A DNA stretch of 35,664 bases from Octopus sinensis (Eukaryota). This document shows positions 19,860 to 35,664 of this stretch, piece after piece. Both the position numbers and the translations under genes were made by a program. The notes beneath the pieces are model-generated. The model was not told the origin of the DNA. It saw only the letters and a program-made list of their open reading frames with translations, and made no database searches. Location: NCBI RefSeq assembly GCF_006345805.1, contig NW_021828094.1:1-35664 (forward strand), in the 5' to 3' direction. Numbering within the stretch: position 1 is the stretch's first letter; each line of letters opens with the position of its first letter.

Positions 19860-22330
19860 TACCCACGACTTCCTTTATTTGCAAAGTGATTGCAAGTCCG
19901 TCTCTTTGTGATGAAGTCAACTGACCTAAAAAGTTGGGAATAAAGTACAGGGCAACATTCCAGTCAAAGTTGAAATCATCTCAATGATCCCCGTCCACTA
20001 CTTTTATTTCACGAACGGAGGACTGTCCGACGACTACTTTCCGAGATGCGAGGAAAGAGAATTCTATAAATACATGTTAAATACTTTAAGTGGTGGAGAA
20101 CAAAACCAGGTTTCTTGGTTAGACTGGTCTCTTACATTTTGATAATCATCTACTGGAATGCCTATGTGTATTTCTCAGTGAGCAATTCGATTGGATTTTA
20201 CAGTACCGCTCAAATTTTCGGACCACCCTATTTTTTCTCATTTCCAAGTCAATCCTAAATTATTTTTATACGGTTCTTTAGAGAAACTTATTAGATAGCT
20301 TAATACATTTATTCTATTCTAAAATTTTCTTTAAATTTTTTGTTTGGCGCCAATTGAATATAATTGATTTTTGACTCGATCATATGTTCCGGACCAGTTG
20401 CAATCATATGTTTCGAACCAGTTAAATCTCTTTAAATTAAATAATTTTTGATTCAATTAAAAACAAAAGACTAATAAATAACAAATCCGCGTGTTTCACT
20501 GGTTGATCGGGTCGCTATCATCACTTTTTTTAAAGATGGAGCTTCACAAAGAGAAATTGCCGAAAAATTAAAAATATCCAAAACTGCTGTTCAAAGAACA
20601 ATTTCCAGATATTCATCCGTTGGACTATATTCCGACAGACCCAAACTGGTCGCCCAGATTGTTATCCCCAGATCTGAACGCAAATTAGTGAGAATTCGAA
20701 AGCAACACCCACAAAAACGGCAAATCAAATTAAATTTGATATGAAATTAAATTCTATTGTAAGCACAAATACAATTAAAGATGCCTACAAAGAAATAATT
20801 TGAATGGGCGAAAGCAATGCCCAAAACCAAGTCTTTCCATATGCCATAAAAAGGCTAAAAAAATTGGTGCATTGAGAAATTAACTTGGAGCCAAAATGAT
20901 TGGGGTAAATTATTTTTCGTGATGAATGCAAAATAAATTTGCATTCAAACCAAAAAATTATGTTAGAAGGCCACCAAACTCTAGATTTGACTCAAAATAT
21001 TGTTTAAAACACGAAAATTTTCTCCTAGCATTATGGTCTGGGGAGCTATTGCTGCAAATGGATGGAGAAACATTGTCTTAGCATTAAAAATGTTGATTCC
21101 GCGAGTATCAGAGAATTATTGTTGGACTCGAAAATTTTTATGATGAGACCATGTATCTCCAGCAAGACGGCGCTCCTTCCCATCGGTCCATGTCGACAAT
21201 GAATTTTTTTTCAAAGGAAACAAATAAAAATCTTAGAAACTTGGCCGAGCCAGTCCCCGAACTGAATATTATTGAAAATATGTGGTCGGTACTAAAACAA
21301 AAACTTTATGATCTGGAACCAAAAGATCTTCCAGAGCTCTGGAATTTGACAAAAAAATTTGGTACGAGATTGATAATTCGTACATTGAAAAATTATACAA
21401 TTCACTTCCAGAGCGAATAAATGCTGTTATAACGAACAACGGAGAAATATTAATTATTAACTTTTTATAATTTTAATAAATTTTCGGTTTTTTTTAAACT
21501 GGTCCGGACATATGATCGAGTATAAAATCGATAATTTTAAAATTGCGCCAAACATGAATATCTGTCCAAGTTTTTAAAATAGAATAAATGTGTTTAAGCT
21601 TATCTAATAAGTTTCCTAAAGAACCGTATAAAAATAATTTAGGATTGACTTGGAAATTGAGAAAAATAGGGTGGTCCGAAACATTTGAGCGGTACTGTAT
21701 TCTCCCGATGGGTATGTGTGAGCCAGTTGATATATTTACACCTTTACTCTCACTTTGACTAATATTGGACAAGTCCCTCGAAGTGTCACTAACTTTGAAC
21801 ATTTTTTTGTGGTCTTGACTTTTTAATCAAAGTCCTCATCTTTTAACCAACGTGGGGAACATTGGGACTATAGTCACCAACATCAACTGCTCGAGTTGTC
21901 AACAGAGCATTGACGGACTAAACAGCACATGGAATTACGCCAGGTAAAAACACACTGCAAATCAAGGTTCCCAATGATTAACTATCTCTCCACAGATAAG
22001 CAGTCACTCAACGACAAGGCTCTCGATATCCTCCAAGCATTTTAGGCGGGTCCAGATTCATATCTTAGAAACAGAGGAATTTTATGGTTTTGTCCTTTAT
22101 TCTGAGATGTGAATAACTCGGGTGCTCATTAATCGTGAGACCTATAAGACAGATGTCTGGTGTTCAACGGCGAATGAGTCTATGAAAGCAGACTTCCAAA
22201 TCAATGCCGAGTTGTTTGCTGCTACATCATTGATTTTATCCATATAACGGACAAACGGCATTCTGTAATCAGAGAGTCTTTAGAAATGTCAATGTAGCGA
22301 GAAGGTCGATAACGATGATGAAAAATTCAT
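19860..22330. other. Coding-like host sequence of unknown product on both sides of the Tc1 insertion
   Basis: GC content resembles exons, with plausible 21-23-nt GT-AG introns (e.g. GTAAAAACACACTGCAAATCAAG at ~21944); no recognisable homology; strand unresolved. Confidence 0.25.
20201..21697 (+). mobile_element. Tc1 (DD34E) transposon, 1497 bp, with ~200-bp TIRs; transposase frameshifted
   Basis: TA-flanked ends CAGTACCGCTCAAAT..GGACCACCCTATT; inverted similarity runs 20201-~20400 vs ~21497-21697; transposase motifs SQREIAEKLKISKTAVQRTI, IMVWGAIA, YLQQDGAPSH, SPELNIIENMW. Confidence 0.93.
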
Positions 22331-22507
22331 TGTACTTAGAGTGTTTGATCATTCTCTTTATTATTTTTTGAATGAATCATACTATTATTCCCTCTCAAAC
22401 CAGAAAACAGAAAAAATCATTCAAATAAAACTACCAAATAAAATCACCCCACATGTTAAATACAACTATCTATTCAAAAGAAGCAGTTCGATAAAAGCAA
22501 CAACAAA

Positions 22508-24359
22508 TTATTCCTTAATATTCACCAAAATATCAGAATCATTGTCAGAATCATTCAACTCCAACTTAACATCTAATCTAGCCTTCTTATTTCTTGTAGA
22601 AAGAGAGGTATTACCACCCACTTTCCTCTTCCCCGTTACTTGCTTCTCAAAACGAGTCTGCTGATTACAAATAATGGAAAACCAATTTCTTTTCATCAAA
22701 ATCGTGAGCTTTATCGCCACGTTCCTTCTTCCATTGCTCATAAAAAGTAGAAAAAGGACTCAATTCGACCAATGTATATCACTCTACAAATAAAAATCAA
22801 TCCTGACATCAAATCGAGGTTAGACGACCGTCTGTGTGCAATAAAGGACGAGTTCTCCTCAATTTTCCCAAGCAAGCTTTTTATTCGACGGAAATAGTTG
22901 GGAACACGACATCTCTTCAAAATTTCCGAATCTAATTCGTAAAACACGGAATAACCTTCATCGTCAAAGGAACAACCAGTTCGGGGAATCCCATGGACTG
23001 TTGGTGGATGTGAGAGACTCAACAATCCCCATCTCAATGCAGTCAGCAATACACTCCAAAACACCTTTTCTTTCATTTGTTGTCAGAAAATGAATCATTC
23101 CACACAAATCAAATTTCTTGACCGACGAACTTGATTGCCGTTTATTAAAATCGACCAAATCAAACACCTCACATCCAACACAGAAATACCTCCAAAACAA
23201 GTCCGAGGGTTGGAATAAACAACCCCTCGCTCTGCTTAGTTCATTCAGTAAATCCACCAAATGTAACCTCAGTGGCACATAACGAACAGATTGAACAGCC
23301 TGGTAGATCACACGACCTTACTTTATAGTACAAGTCATGATCTGAACTAATGGGTGTACTAACAGTTTCATTTCCTGACTGGACGAGACTTTAGCCGAAC
23401 ACCAACAAGACACAACTCGAGTCCAAGACGGAGAGAACACACAAATTGCAACCACGGACACCTCAAGATCTTTCTACCAAATAAACGACCAATAAACTGA
23501 GTCGTGGCCAATTGTAGCAGTCCGCAGTCTGATTGCCATTTGTCTGACACACGAAGTATACTGATAGGCAAGCACGTGATCGAGAGCAAACAACTCCACA
23601 GAGGGACCTCATCATGAATTGATGAAGGGAAGGGAACGTTCATTTACAATTTACTGTTTTGAACATAACATGCCGTAAATTTCTATTTTTTTTGTGTTTA
23701 TATACTTTTAAGGCTTTTTTACAAAAGTCTTGGTTTCCGAGGCGGCGAGGCGATGTCCCAACAAGAATGCTCGAACTCTGACGGCTTCCACGTCGATGGT
23801 CCCCCAAAAGTTAACAGCAATCTAAATAAACCGATTATCCTCACTTTAAGCAATAAATCAGGCAGTTTTTGAAAATTACAAAAAACAAGAAAATTGCCAG
23901 CAATGTTTTAATAGACTTCCAAATTCTCATTATTTTTCGAGTTTTCCATTAGCTTTTTTGTGTTATTGTTATTTTACCGAGATTATGGCGGATAGGTAGG
24001 ATTTGAGAGCATCCTGACCCCGAGGACCTGGTCAGCAAGGATTTGAGGTTGTTTATGTTCATGTGCTCATAAAATGTGTCGATTTTGAACAGTTTTACTG
24101 CCAAAGGGTAGATTTGTGGATATTATCTCCTCATTAGAATCTTTAATAAGTTTATTGTGACGACCTTCATAATTGCAGTCGTTTTTGTTCTCCATTTTGT
24201 GTTGGAAGCTGTGTAAAAGTCATTGCACATTGTGATAAAGTTGTTCTGGAAAAATGGTTTAATCAGCATACTAGATCATCACTGCGATTTGAATTTCTTT
24301 TTACTTGGAGATTGTATCCTTTTTTGAATTTTGATTCTCTTTTTTTGCAGTTTTTCCAT
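22508..24359 (-). CDS. NOC2L: Nucleolar complex protein 2 homolog (approximate ends; small introns and apparent indel errors)
   Basis: Pieces AVRVRAFL, SLPFINFM..ELFALDHVLAYQY..RQMAIRLR, SVRYVPLRLHLVDLLNELS, DFNKR, GFPELVVP, CRVPNYFRRIKSLLGKIEENSSFIAHRR follow NOC2L motif order. Confidence 0.85.
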
Positions 24360-24467
24360 TTTTTGTTATAAGCTGACAACACAATAACTGCACGTTTTAA
24401 TTTAATGATTTTATTTAACGAGAAAGTTATATTTAATTATAAAAATTTAATTTAGAGTAAAATATAT

Positions 24468-25116
24468 ATGTATTCAACAAATTTTATATACTCTTTTAAA
24501 TTCTAATTTATTCTTGACTGTGCAAATTGTGGTTACGTGTTTTTTATTCAGTGTTTGATCTGAGATCATCTATTGTCACTATTTGGAAAATTATAATAGT
24601 TTGGAAAAGCATGTTGTTCGATTGGGTGTCGTGGATGCCCGTTCCTAACGATGTGAGGCAGGACTGTAGTCTTTGGGACTTATCACATGAACTTGTATTT
24701 ACAACAATCCACTTGTTGGAAACCTTGCTTTAGTTTTCTTTTCGATTAAGTTTCAGAATGAAAAGACATGGGTCAACGTTGGCTATTTGTGTGGTAACCT
24801 TCTCACTTGAAATAAAGGCAAATAATTCATTTTTAGAAAATGATGTTATATATTTATAATCTCTATCCTTAGGTAACGTGAATCTCTTATGTTCCTTCCG
24901 GTCTTAGCGTGGCGTTATGGGGTCCACTATGTCAGTTGGAAAATTCCAATCGGATATGGAAACGCTCAGGAGGCACTTAATGCATACCGAAAAAAGGACT
25001 TCTAGAACTCAGACCCTGGGACATCGTCGTCTCAGGCCGATCATGCGGGCAGGATCGAACCTTTCAGTAGGATCTCCCTCGTTTGGATTGGCGATTATGG
25101 GGATTATTATAATTAA
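24468..25116 (+). CDS. Unidentified multi-exon protein-coding gene (approximate start)
   Basis: Protein-like pieces FQNEKTWVNVGYLCGNLL, FLPVLAWRYGVHYVSWKIPIGYGNAQEALNAY, LRPWDIVVSG and GRIEPFSRISLVWIGDYGDYYN-stop; family not recognised. Confidence 0.4.
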
Positions 25117-25655
25117 CTGGCTTACCCGTCTTTGGTATTTAAATAAATAAAATAAATAGGTAACGTGAAAAATGATAGTGAATACTAAAATCTTGTACTA
25201 CTCCCCCAACCAGTAACAAATACATTTGAATCCGAAAAATATAAACTTATGGAAAAAGCGAATCAATTTATAACTATTGATGATCGGTATATTTACTACT
25301 CTTAACTAAAGTATTTATCCAATAACCTAAACAAAATTTAGCTATCTGATTGAATAATAAAATAAAGTACAAAACTTGATAAAAAGTGTAGTGAATTCTA
25401 TTTCCATATGAAACTCCCAATTATTCAGCAAATTAAAAGACTGTGAAATTTTTAAATTTTCCGAGGCATTAAAATTATTTTAAAATAAATATAGTTCAAA
25501 TGACAGATTCCAGGCGGATGTTATTTATATCTTAGAAAATATAAGGAGTATTCCTAAAATTAACACCGCGAATCACGAAATACTCATTATAATCTCATTT
25601 ATAATCTTGAAAAATTTATTCAATATTGACATTCAAATAATAACAATAATTGTAA

Positions 25656-28248
<2,593 letters not shown>

Positions 28249-28328
28249 TTATAGTTATAATGTTACGCAATTGGTCCACGACGTTAACAATTTTGCATAT
28301 GTGAACAATTTCCTCTGACTGCGAACCA

Positions 28329-28613
28329 AGTGTAGCAACATTTTGCTCACACCGTGGGCAATTAGTAATTTAAATAACAAATCATACTTGTAAATAAATT
28401 CATTTTTGTTTTTTTAATACCTTTAAATATTTTTTGTAGAACTTATAGTTTCATTGACAGTAACTAATTAAAATGAATAACTAAGTATTGAAGCTAGAGT
28501 TTGCTCACCTTTCAGAGAAGAAACATTTCAGAAATTGAAATTCAACTTAATTGCTTTTTTATCCTTTGGGGAGGCTGAAGTTAAAAAGGCGTGTCAATAG
28601 TGTAGCAACATTT
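28329..28613. repeat. 15-bp direct repeat AGTGTAGCAACATTT (28329-28343 and 28599-28613)
   Basis: Exact duplicate 270 bp apart in the AT-rich spacer upstream of LARS2. Confidence 0.7.
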
Positions 28614-28813
28614 ATAAACATTTATTTAAAAGAAAGTTTTTAGATTTTTGGTGAAAATATCTCATTAAATTGGATTTTGGTGAATTTTAATACAATTGAG
28701 CAAAATAGTCTACCAGTTTTCCAAGTGGCAAAAATTAATTCTCAGATATAATGCTAAGGCCAGCTCTAAATACAAAGAAAGCAAGTAAATGTAATATAAA
28801 TGATAAGTCACAA

Positions 28814-31800
28814 CTAATGATACTCCACGAATATATCATACTGTTGGTCAATCCCCACAAAAGTATCACTCAATACGTACAAGACACAATGCTTATTCTT
28901 GACAGTAAACACAAACCGAGGCTGTTTCACTGACATAACTCTCCCGTTTAACACCGAGAACAGTCCTCCTCGTTCCATCCACTAATAAAAGAAACCAGCC
29001 CCACTCTTTTGGCTTACCGATGCGAGGACTAACATCTCCAACCCAGGAACCTACAGTCAATATGACAGAAAATACAAGTCGGTTAATGTTATAAAGTTAA
29101 ACACGGAGAACACACTCTCGTCTCCATGTACAACAGACCTCCTCCATGGGAGTGTTATTCACTCGTATGATTGTCTCCACAATTGGGAGGCGCTCGATGA
29201 ACTCGATTGCCTTGACACATTTGCTTTGAGACAAACAATTGCCCACCAACTCGACAAAATGATGTCGGTCTGTCTTTAAACACTCAAACAGAATGGGCAG
29301 TTCAGTTCTTCCTTTGAAACACTGCCTAGAAGTAATGAATGGAATGACAAACATGAAAAAGGCGACATTCGAATGATCAATGTTGGGAATACTCAGAATA
29401 CTCCTCTCGTATGGCATCAGTGCTTGGACAATCAACTGAATAAGAAGAATAGAACGAAGGGTGGTTAGAACGTACCCCTCGTGGACAGACCAGTCAATAA
29501 GAGCTTGTAGAATTCGAATAGTCTGATCGACCACTGTCCTGCAATCCGTCACGTAATCCACGCAGGAAAAGCAATGTCGAGTCAAATGGGCGTGGAGGAG
29601 GAGAAAGGCCTTCGTGTTGGGGGATTCTGGGTCTTTCACACTCAACGACAACTCCCCGGCCAACTCAGCATTAGTTTATCCTCGTTATGTCTCACTGGAA
29701 TCTCATCAAACTCTTTGGCCATCTTTATGTGTGAGTGAAAGAAGCCAACCGAGAGAGTGTATATGAGACAGTCAAAGGACATGTCTTCCACCACATTCTC
29801 CACGAACATGCCCATCGTCCGGTGGTCCAGGTAGTAGAACGAGCAGATCGACCCCGCCGGGAGAGGGGAATACCCTCCCTCCTCGTTCACTTCCACGCAA
29901 TGATTACAACACAGAGTCGATACAGACGACTCCACCAGTTGGGACAAGTGGGAACTCACGTTCTCCGGCTCGACCGAATTCAGATCATAATAACTTGAAT
30001 AGCCAAAGAACAACAACTTTGGGTTGCTCAGAATTCGACGGTAAAAGTACGTCCAGGTCAGAAGTCAACTCCTTCTTGAAGACTACGAACTGTCCCTGCC
30101 ACGACCTCTGCATTGTATGTTCGGGAGAACGGCGGAAAGACTTTGTGACATAAAAAAGAGTACTTTGACTCGACCGGGAAAGGATCGTACAAAAACTTTT
30201 TATAAAATCTTTTGATATCTTGGACGAAAATACAGGCGACTCCACACTGGTCGAACTGGGGACGACCTGCCCTCCCCATCATCTGGAGGAGGTCCGTCAC
30301 GGGGAAATCGACATATTTCTGGTCGCCCCGTCAAAGTATTCCGTCCCCTTCACAATGACGAGATGTGTGCCGGAAGTTGACCCCCCAGGCCAGAGTTGCT
30401 GTCGACACGAGAATCTGCCAATCAAACATCCCACAAACTTGGATTTTTGAACTAACAAACAGTCTTTCTGTCAATTCCCTATCCGAGGTGACCAACCCTG
30501 CGTGGTGAATTCCCACTCCAAAGGGGAGTGTTAAACTTAGGTTGGCGTCCTCCACCTTGAGAGACTCGATCTAAGTACTCACAACTCCCCAACAACCTCC
30601 GATTCAGATATGCAGCCACGATCGAAGGTTATCAGACTCGGAGGCCAGAAAGAGACCAAGGCCAACGCAGTCAGTCGAGTCTGTCTCCGGAGAGACACAA
30701 AAATGAGGACAGGCTTGTTGGGGAGTGCACTTGGATGGCCCGGAAACAGGCTCGGTTCATCGAGGCCATGCGAGGACAGTAGTGCTTCCCTGGGAACCCG
30801 GAGTTGTGCTTCCAGGGGACTGGACGGACGGAAGGCCGGAAGTTGAACAATCCTTGTTTGGGATGGACAGCCAAGTGGCAATGTCAATCGCATTAGCCAG
30901 GGCAGTCGACAGACCAATAACACGCACATTCTGACGTGTTTCGTGAGCAATAAATTAAGTCGGGACAAAATGACTTCGAGGACTGGTCCCTCTCCTCCCC
31001 TTCAGTAGGAAAACAGAGAAGCCACCCAAGCAGGTGTATTTCGTCAATGCAAATGAGTGCCACATTCCGGACATAACTGCGACATGCCAACTACGACTAA
31101 TCCCGTCCCACTTCTCAGGCGTCGTCACAATCAGGTCGGCCCGTCGCAGGACATCCCCGTCGGGAACTGGTGTCTCCCGTCAATTCCACCACCCTTGTCA
31201 ATGTTCAGTCTAATCACCACCTCTTGTTCAATTTTTGGCCTATTCGTCCACTCCAGTCAGCCAATCTCTCTCGGACAAGTGCTTTGAGAGGGGCAATATA
31301 CACGCACTATATTACAGTGAAAGGAATACCTGACATGAAGGGTATTTGCGGAAAACACGTAAAATGGCCATTTCAGCCACATTGGTCTTCCCCGAGCCAG
31401 TGGGTGCCCCCAAAAGCACATTGTGGTCGGTGTGGTAGACTGTGTGGAAGACCTGTGTTTGGATGGGGTTGTAGTGACTGAACGTGTACAGAGACTCGAA
31501 TTCCTTATTTCCCAGGGCAGTCACAGGCAGTGGCTGGAGGTCGAGTAACTCCGTGTGGGAATACGACGAGTCTGGGAGAATCAGCTTGTCGAAGGAGACG
31601 GGACAAGTCGTGGCCACCCCAATCCACCGATTGGAGACGACATGCACAAAGTACTGCGGAGGAATTGGCTCGAATATGGGCACAGTCAACACCAAATGGA
31701 CGACCTCCTTCGAAATGACTTGCTTCTTTTTAATGCAGAGTGTCTCCGAGTGGTAAATACGGTCGCTCTCGACGTCGGTCACCCAAATCTGATATATCTC

Positions 31801-34800
31801 AGAGGAAGCCGACTCTATTCCATGAAACTGGACATGTGGAGAATACTCACCTTGTCGTTCCACCGGAAAGAAGGAGTGACGTCCACTCGGATGCGAAGAA
31901 TTGTGTGGGTGATTGGCTGAATTGTCGCCTCCACCTCAACCATGGGCAATGACGAGTTGAGTTGTTTGACTACCCGACCACAGTCGACATTATGCACGAC
32001 CACGCCTGTCCTCAATACACCACCCAACCTATCTCCTTTGCTTCCATGCTCTCAATTCGGTCATAGTCGAGTCTGGTCCGCCTTATGTGTCCCAAAACAG
32101 TGGAGGACAACTCGTCGAATTGTTTCAAAGGGGATTCAAATGTCCACTGCCTTCGATCCAGACACTGTCCGAACGAGAGGACAATCCACGAACAGTTGGC
32201 CCAACCATTTCGGTCGGCAACTTCGAAGAGTGCCCGGGCTAGTCGACTGGCGTTCTTCCAGGTCGACCACTGTCAATACCTGCACACAATACTGTTGGTC
32301 TGAAAGGAGAGAAGATGTCCTGAGGTCAAATTGGCAGATGTAGGCCTGCAACAACAGGTTGACCTTCCCCTCCTTGGACAGGGCGGATGTGGAGAGAGCG
32401 TAGGGACAACACTTTTCCAACATTTCCAGTTCGTCGCACTCCTCAACCCTCACTTTGATCTGGTCAAACTCCGTGGCTGAGGCAATGACGGAAAGAACCC
32501 CCTTCTGGTCGACCTTGTCATTAAAAGTGTCATTGATGATCTACACTGAACTGCCAACTCTACTCGAATAGTGGCAGTGCTGATGTACAGATGGGAGGCA
32601 GTCCGCCCCAAATCAGTCGAAAAGAAATAAGAGTGCACCTCGTCGAATCGAATCATTTGAGCTCCGTCCAGAGAGTGTCCCGCCTTGGTGATGATTTGTC
32701 TGCAGTGGTCCGACAGTGTGTTGTCCATCTGAGTTGAGGACAGAAGACAACCAGCAACTGGGCATAGGAAGCTCCATAGGCGGTGGGATTGGCCAGAAGA
32801 CGGACGTAGAAATAGCTGTATTTAAGCCACTGAATGGCTTCACTGACATTGGTGACTGTCCCCAACACAATCTAGTCCCCTTTGGACACATTCAATACTT
32901 CTGCGTTCAAATTGTCGTCGATTGTCTCGAGGAAACGACTTTCGATGGGGGAGTTGGCCCCAACCACCTGCAGGTAGGAGGAGAGTGAGGAGTGTTCAGT
33001 GATGAGTATCCCCTGTCCGGACTCGTCGTACTGAGGCCTCCCTGCTCTCCCGAATATCTGCAGGACATCCAGAACACTCATGTCCACAAAGGAACTCGAC
33101 TTTGAGTCATAAATGTTAGTTCCCTTCCACTCAAGCAGGTCTCTCAACCTTGATGATGACAGCGTGGGCAGGCAAATTGACTCCCCAAGCTAACGTGGCA
33201 GTGCACACGAGACATTTCACCAGTCCTTCTCGAAAGTACTTTTCTACTGCATTTCGGTCAGAACGACTCATCCCCGCGTGGTGGACTGCAAACCCAGCTC
33301 GGAACAGACGACCAAGTTCACTCATTCGAGACTTGTCCATCTACCAGGTCCAGATTAGCCTCTACGTGTTTAATGGCCAGGGCAAGTGCTGGAGACGGAG
33401 GGACAACGAACAGCCCAGTCTGGCCTCCAGTTTCGGCCATTTCCAGAAGAGTGGTGGCTGTTTTGACAGTTCCGTTCCTCGAAGTGACAAAAACCATGAC
33501 CTTGGGTATATCCACTGCCCAACCTGATGGCCTCCCCCCACAAAACGAGTGACTTCGTTAAAACAGATGTGGTTTATATTCTTCTCAGTCTCTCGGGGAA
33601 AATGCGTCTTGACCCCCACGAGGGACTGCGTGAGGGGCACAGGACGAAACCTCCCATCAAACACGAACAGTCCACTACTAAAATTGACTCGCAGAAAGGA
33701 AGCAATGTCCAAATAGTTGGGGAGAGTGGCCGACAGTCCCACAATCCTGATCACACGCTGACTGCTCTCCACCAGTCGTAGAATTCTGGCGACGAGTGTC
33801 TCCAAAACTGATCCACGAGTGTCCGCCAGTAGTTGAAGTTCGTCGATGACAAGGAGAGTCATTTTGGAGAGAATAGAGAGACTGTCCGTCATTCCAATGT
33901 CCACGTCCTTCCGCGACACCACGTCCAGTTTCTCCGGGGTGACCACAAATACCTGAATATCCACATTTGGACAACACCTGAGTCAAAGACACTTCTTTCC
34001 TCGTCAGTTGCATGTCTCCTGTCAACTCGCGGACTGACAATCCAAACGGGGTTAGTCGATCTGCGAATTTGGCAGTAATCTCGGAAGCCAAGGCCTTCAT
34101 TGGGGCGATGTAGACCACTTTTAAATCCTCGATGGGCAGTTTCCGGTGATTTATGTGATCCCTGAGTCTACTGAGGATGGCCAACAGGGCAATGTTGGTC
34201 TTTCCAGCTCCCGTGGGGGCAGAAATGAGCACATTCTCCTGACTGTTCATCACAGTCTCAAAGACAGTCGACTGAATGCAGTTGAGAGCTGGCACTCCCT
34301 GGAATGCCCTCTGCACCATCTGGGAGTCACACTCGTCCAATACATCATCCAAGTCCTCTATCAACAGCCGTGGAACATTCGTTATTGAAAATTGGTCCTT
34401 CCCGGCTGATTCGGGGGGAAACACGTCAAAACGTTCGTATTTCTCAGTGTTTCGATGGACTGACGAAACGGGCAGTTTCTGTCAGTTTTACCACATGGAC
34501 AAACGAGGTCGTTTTGTTGGTAGACATTCGAATCGAACACATTCGGCAGACACACCTGGCCTGTCTGGGAAATGTACTTTCTGGAATATTCAAAACAAGA
34601 AAACCGAATTTCGAGGAGTGAAGGAATGGTCGAACAAGTTTGCTTGTTTTTTGGCTGGGTTTTGATGGGTTTTTTGGTTTTTTTAGTTCTGGAAACAGCT
34701 TCAGGGGGACTGACGAGAGAATCACGATTTGAGATTATTCTCACAATCAAATCAAACCCCTCAAACCCCAACAGATCAAACAACTACCAAAATATATCTC

Positions 34801-35462
34801 AAAAAACGTGATTTTGTATTTCCTCCACGTTTTCCGTCGACGAGAGAATACCAATCACCAAACCGTGGATTTCCTCCGCGGAAAAGTCGACGTTTTTGAA
34901 CTCCTCGAGCGACGACCTCAGCCACCCTTTTCCGCAGTTTTCCGTCCCCGACTCTTCCGACTCCGAACTGAGACCAATGTCGGTCACGTGGAAGGTGCGG
35001 TCCCTCAGTCCGGTCTCGACTGGGTTGGTCAGTGACCTTACTTGTGGGATTCGGTCCATTGGAGGCTGGAAGTGGACATTTTCTGAGGACTTGGATGTCC
35101 TTAAAAATAGATTCGAGTTGTTTGGCGGAGACGTGGTGGATATACTCATTCTGGTTGATTGAGAGGAGAACTTGTGGAGAGAGAAAGTCGACGGTCCACA
35201 GACTGTGGGCAATAAATAGTGCCACTTGCTCGACTTGGTTGGTGGAAACTAATTTGAAATGACTGAACTAACTTTGATGTGCCACATTGAGTATGTCCCT
35301 GAGTGCCCTTTCCAGGAATGTGCGGTCGAATAACGAGGACATTCTCAGGTGAGTGGAGAAGGAGTGCCAGGAATTGGGCGAACGACGGAAAAAACGGGGA
35401 TCAATGTCCTCGTCGGTCTCCTCGTTTCTGAGGAGAGAAATTGCATAGAGCAGTCTATCCAT
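28814..35462 (-). CDS. ASCC3: Activating signal cointegrator 1 complex subunit 3 (tandem Ski2-like helicase/Sec63 cassettes)
   Basis: Cassette 1 [64 protein letters not shown]; cassette 2 [29 protein letters not shown]; C-terminus [15 protein letters not shown]-terminus MDRLLYAI and the QIFGRAG motif favour ASCC3 over Brr2. Many tiny introns and 1-nt indels. Confidence 0.93.
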
Positions 35463-35540
35463 CACCACGAGTTTAATATAATGTTATTAATATATTTTTA
35501 AATAAATATAATTTATTCGGTTTATCTAGTTTGACCAAAA
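35463..35540. promoter_or_regulatory. Putative bidirectional micro-promoter between ASCC3 and ATG5
   Basis: 78 bp of AT-rich DNA between the divergent ATGs. Confidence 0.45.
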
Positions 35541-35664
35541 ATGGACTCCACTGAAATACAAACAGAAATTTGGAATCAGAGAATTACAGTTTCTATCAAC
35601 CTCAGCAACCAAGTCGAGTCCAAGATGTGCCTTCCCTACATTGCTCTTCTCCCCCGAGTGTCCT
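35541..35664 (+). CDS. ATG5: Autophagy protein 5, 5' part (runs off the window)
   Basis: MDSTEIQTEIWNQRITVSINL...PYIALLPRVS resembles the ATG5 N-terminus (VWFGRIP..F.L...PYYLLLPRVSYL). Confidence 0.72.
   Translation, partial: MDSTEIQTEIWNQRITVSINLSNQVESKMCLPYIALLPRVS

Overview
Eukaryotic nuclear DNA from a compact animal genome. An NK2-class homeobox and a Jun-like bZIP point to Metazoa. The spliceosomal introns I could delimit are only about 17-28 nt, which fits a dicyemid mesozoan best (inference; myxozoan or orthonectid not excluded). Host genes reconstructed by hand: a bZIP factor, V-ATPase subunit d, an NK2 homeobox, FIG4, DPH1, NTHL1, NOC2L, an unidentified gene, mitochondrial LeuRS, ASCC3 and the 5' end of ATG5. 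Several are packed head-to-head with 52-296 bp between start codons. Mobile DNA: a pogo/Tigger element, a full-size Tc1 with ~200-bp TIRs, a near-intact CRE-like RT/RLE non-LTR retrotransposon with an N-terminal PHD finger, and Tc1, rve-integrase, RLE and APE remnants. The most striking observation is that the non-LTR element is bracketed by a perfect 23-bp inverted repeat (5' junction vs 3' UTR) and its poly(A) tail ends 28 bp from the 3' end of a 5S rRNA gene. From about 14.6 kb onward, conserved genes carry many 1-2 nt indels, mostly in homopolymer runs. These are most likely assembly errors, so boundaries there are approximate.
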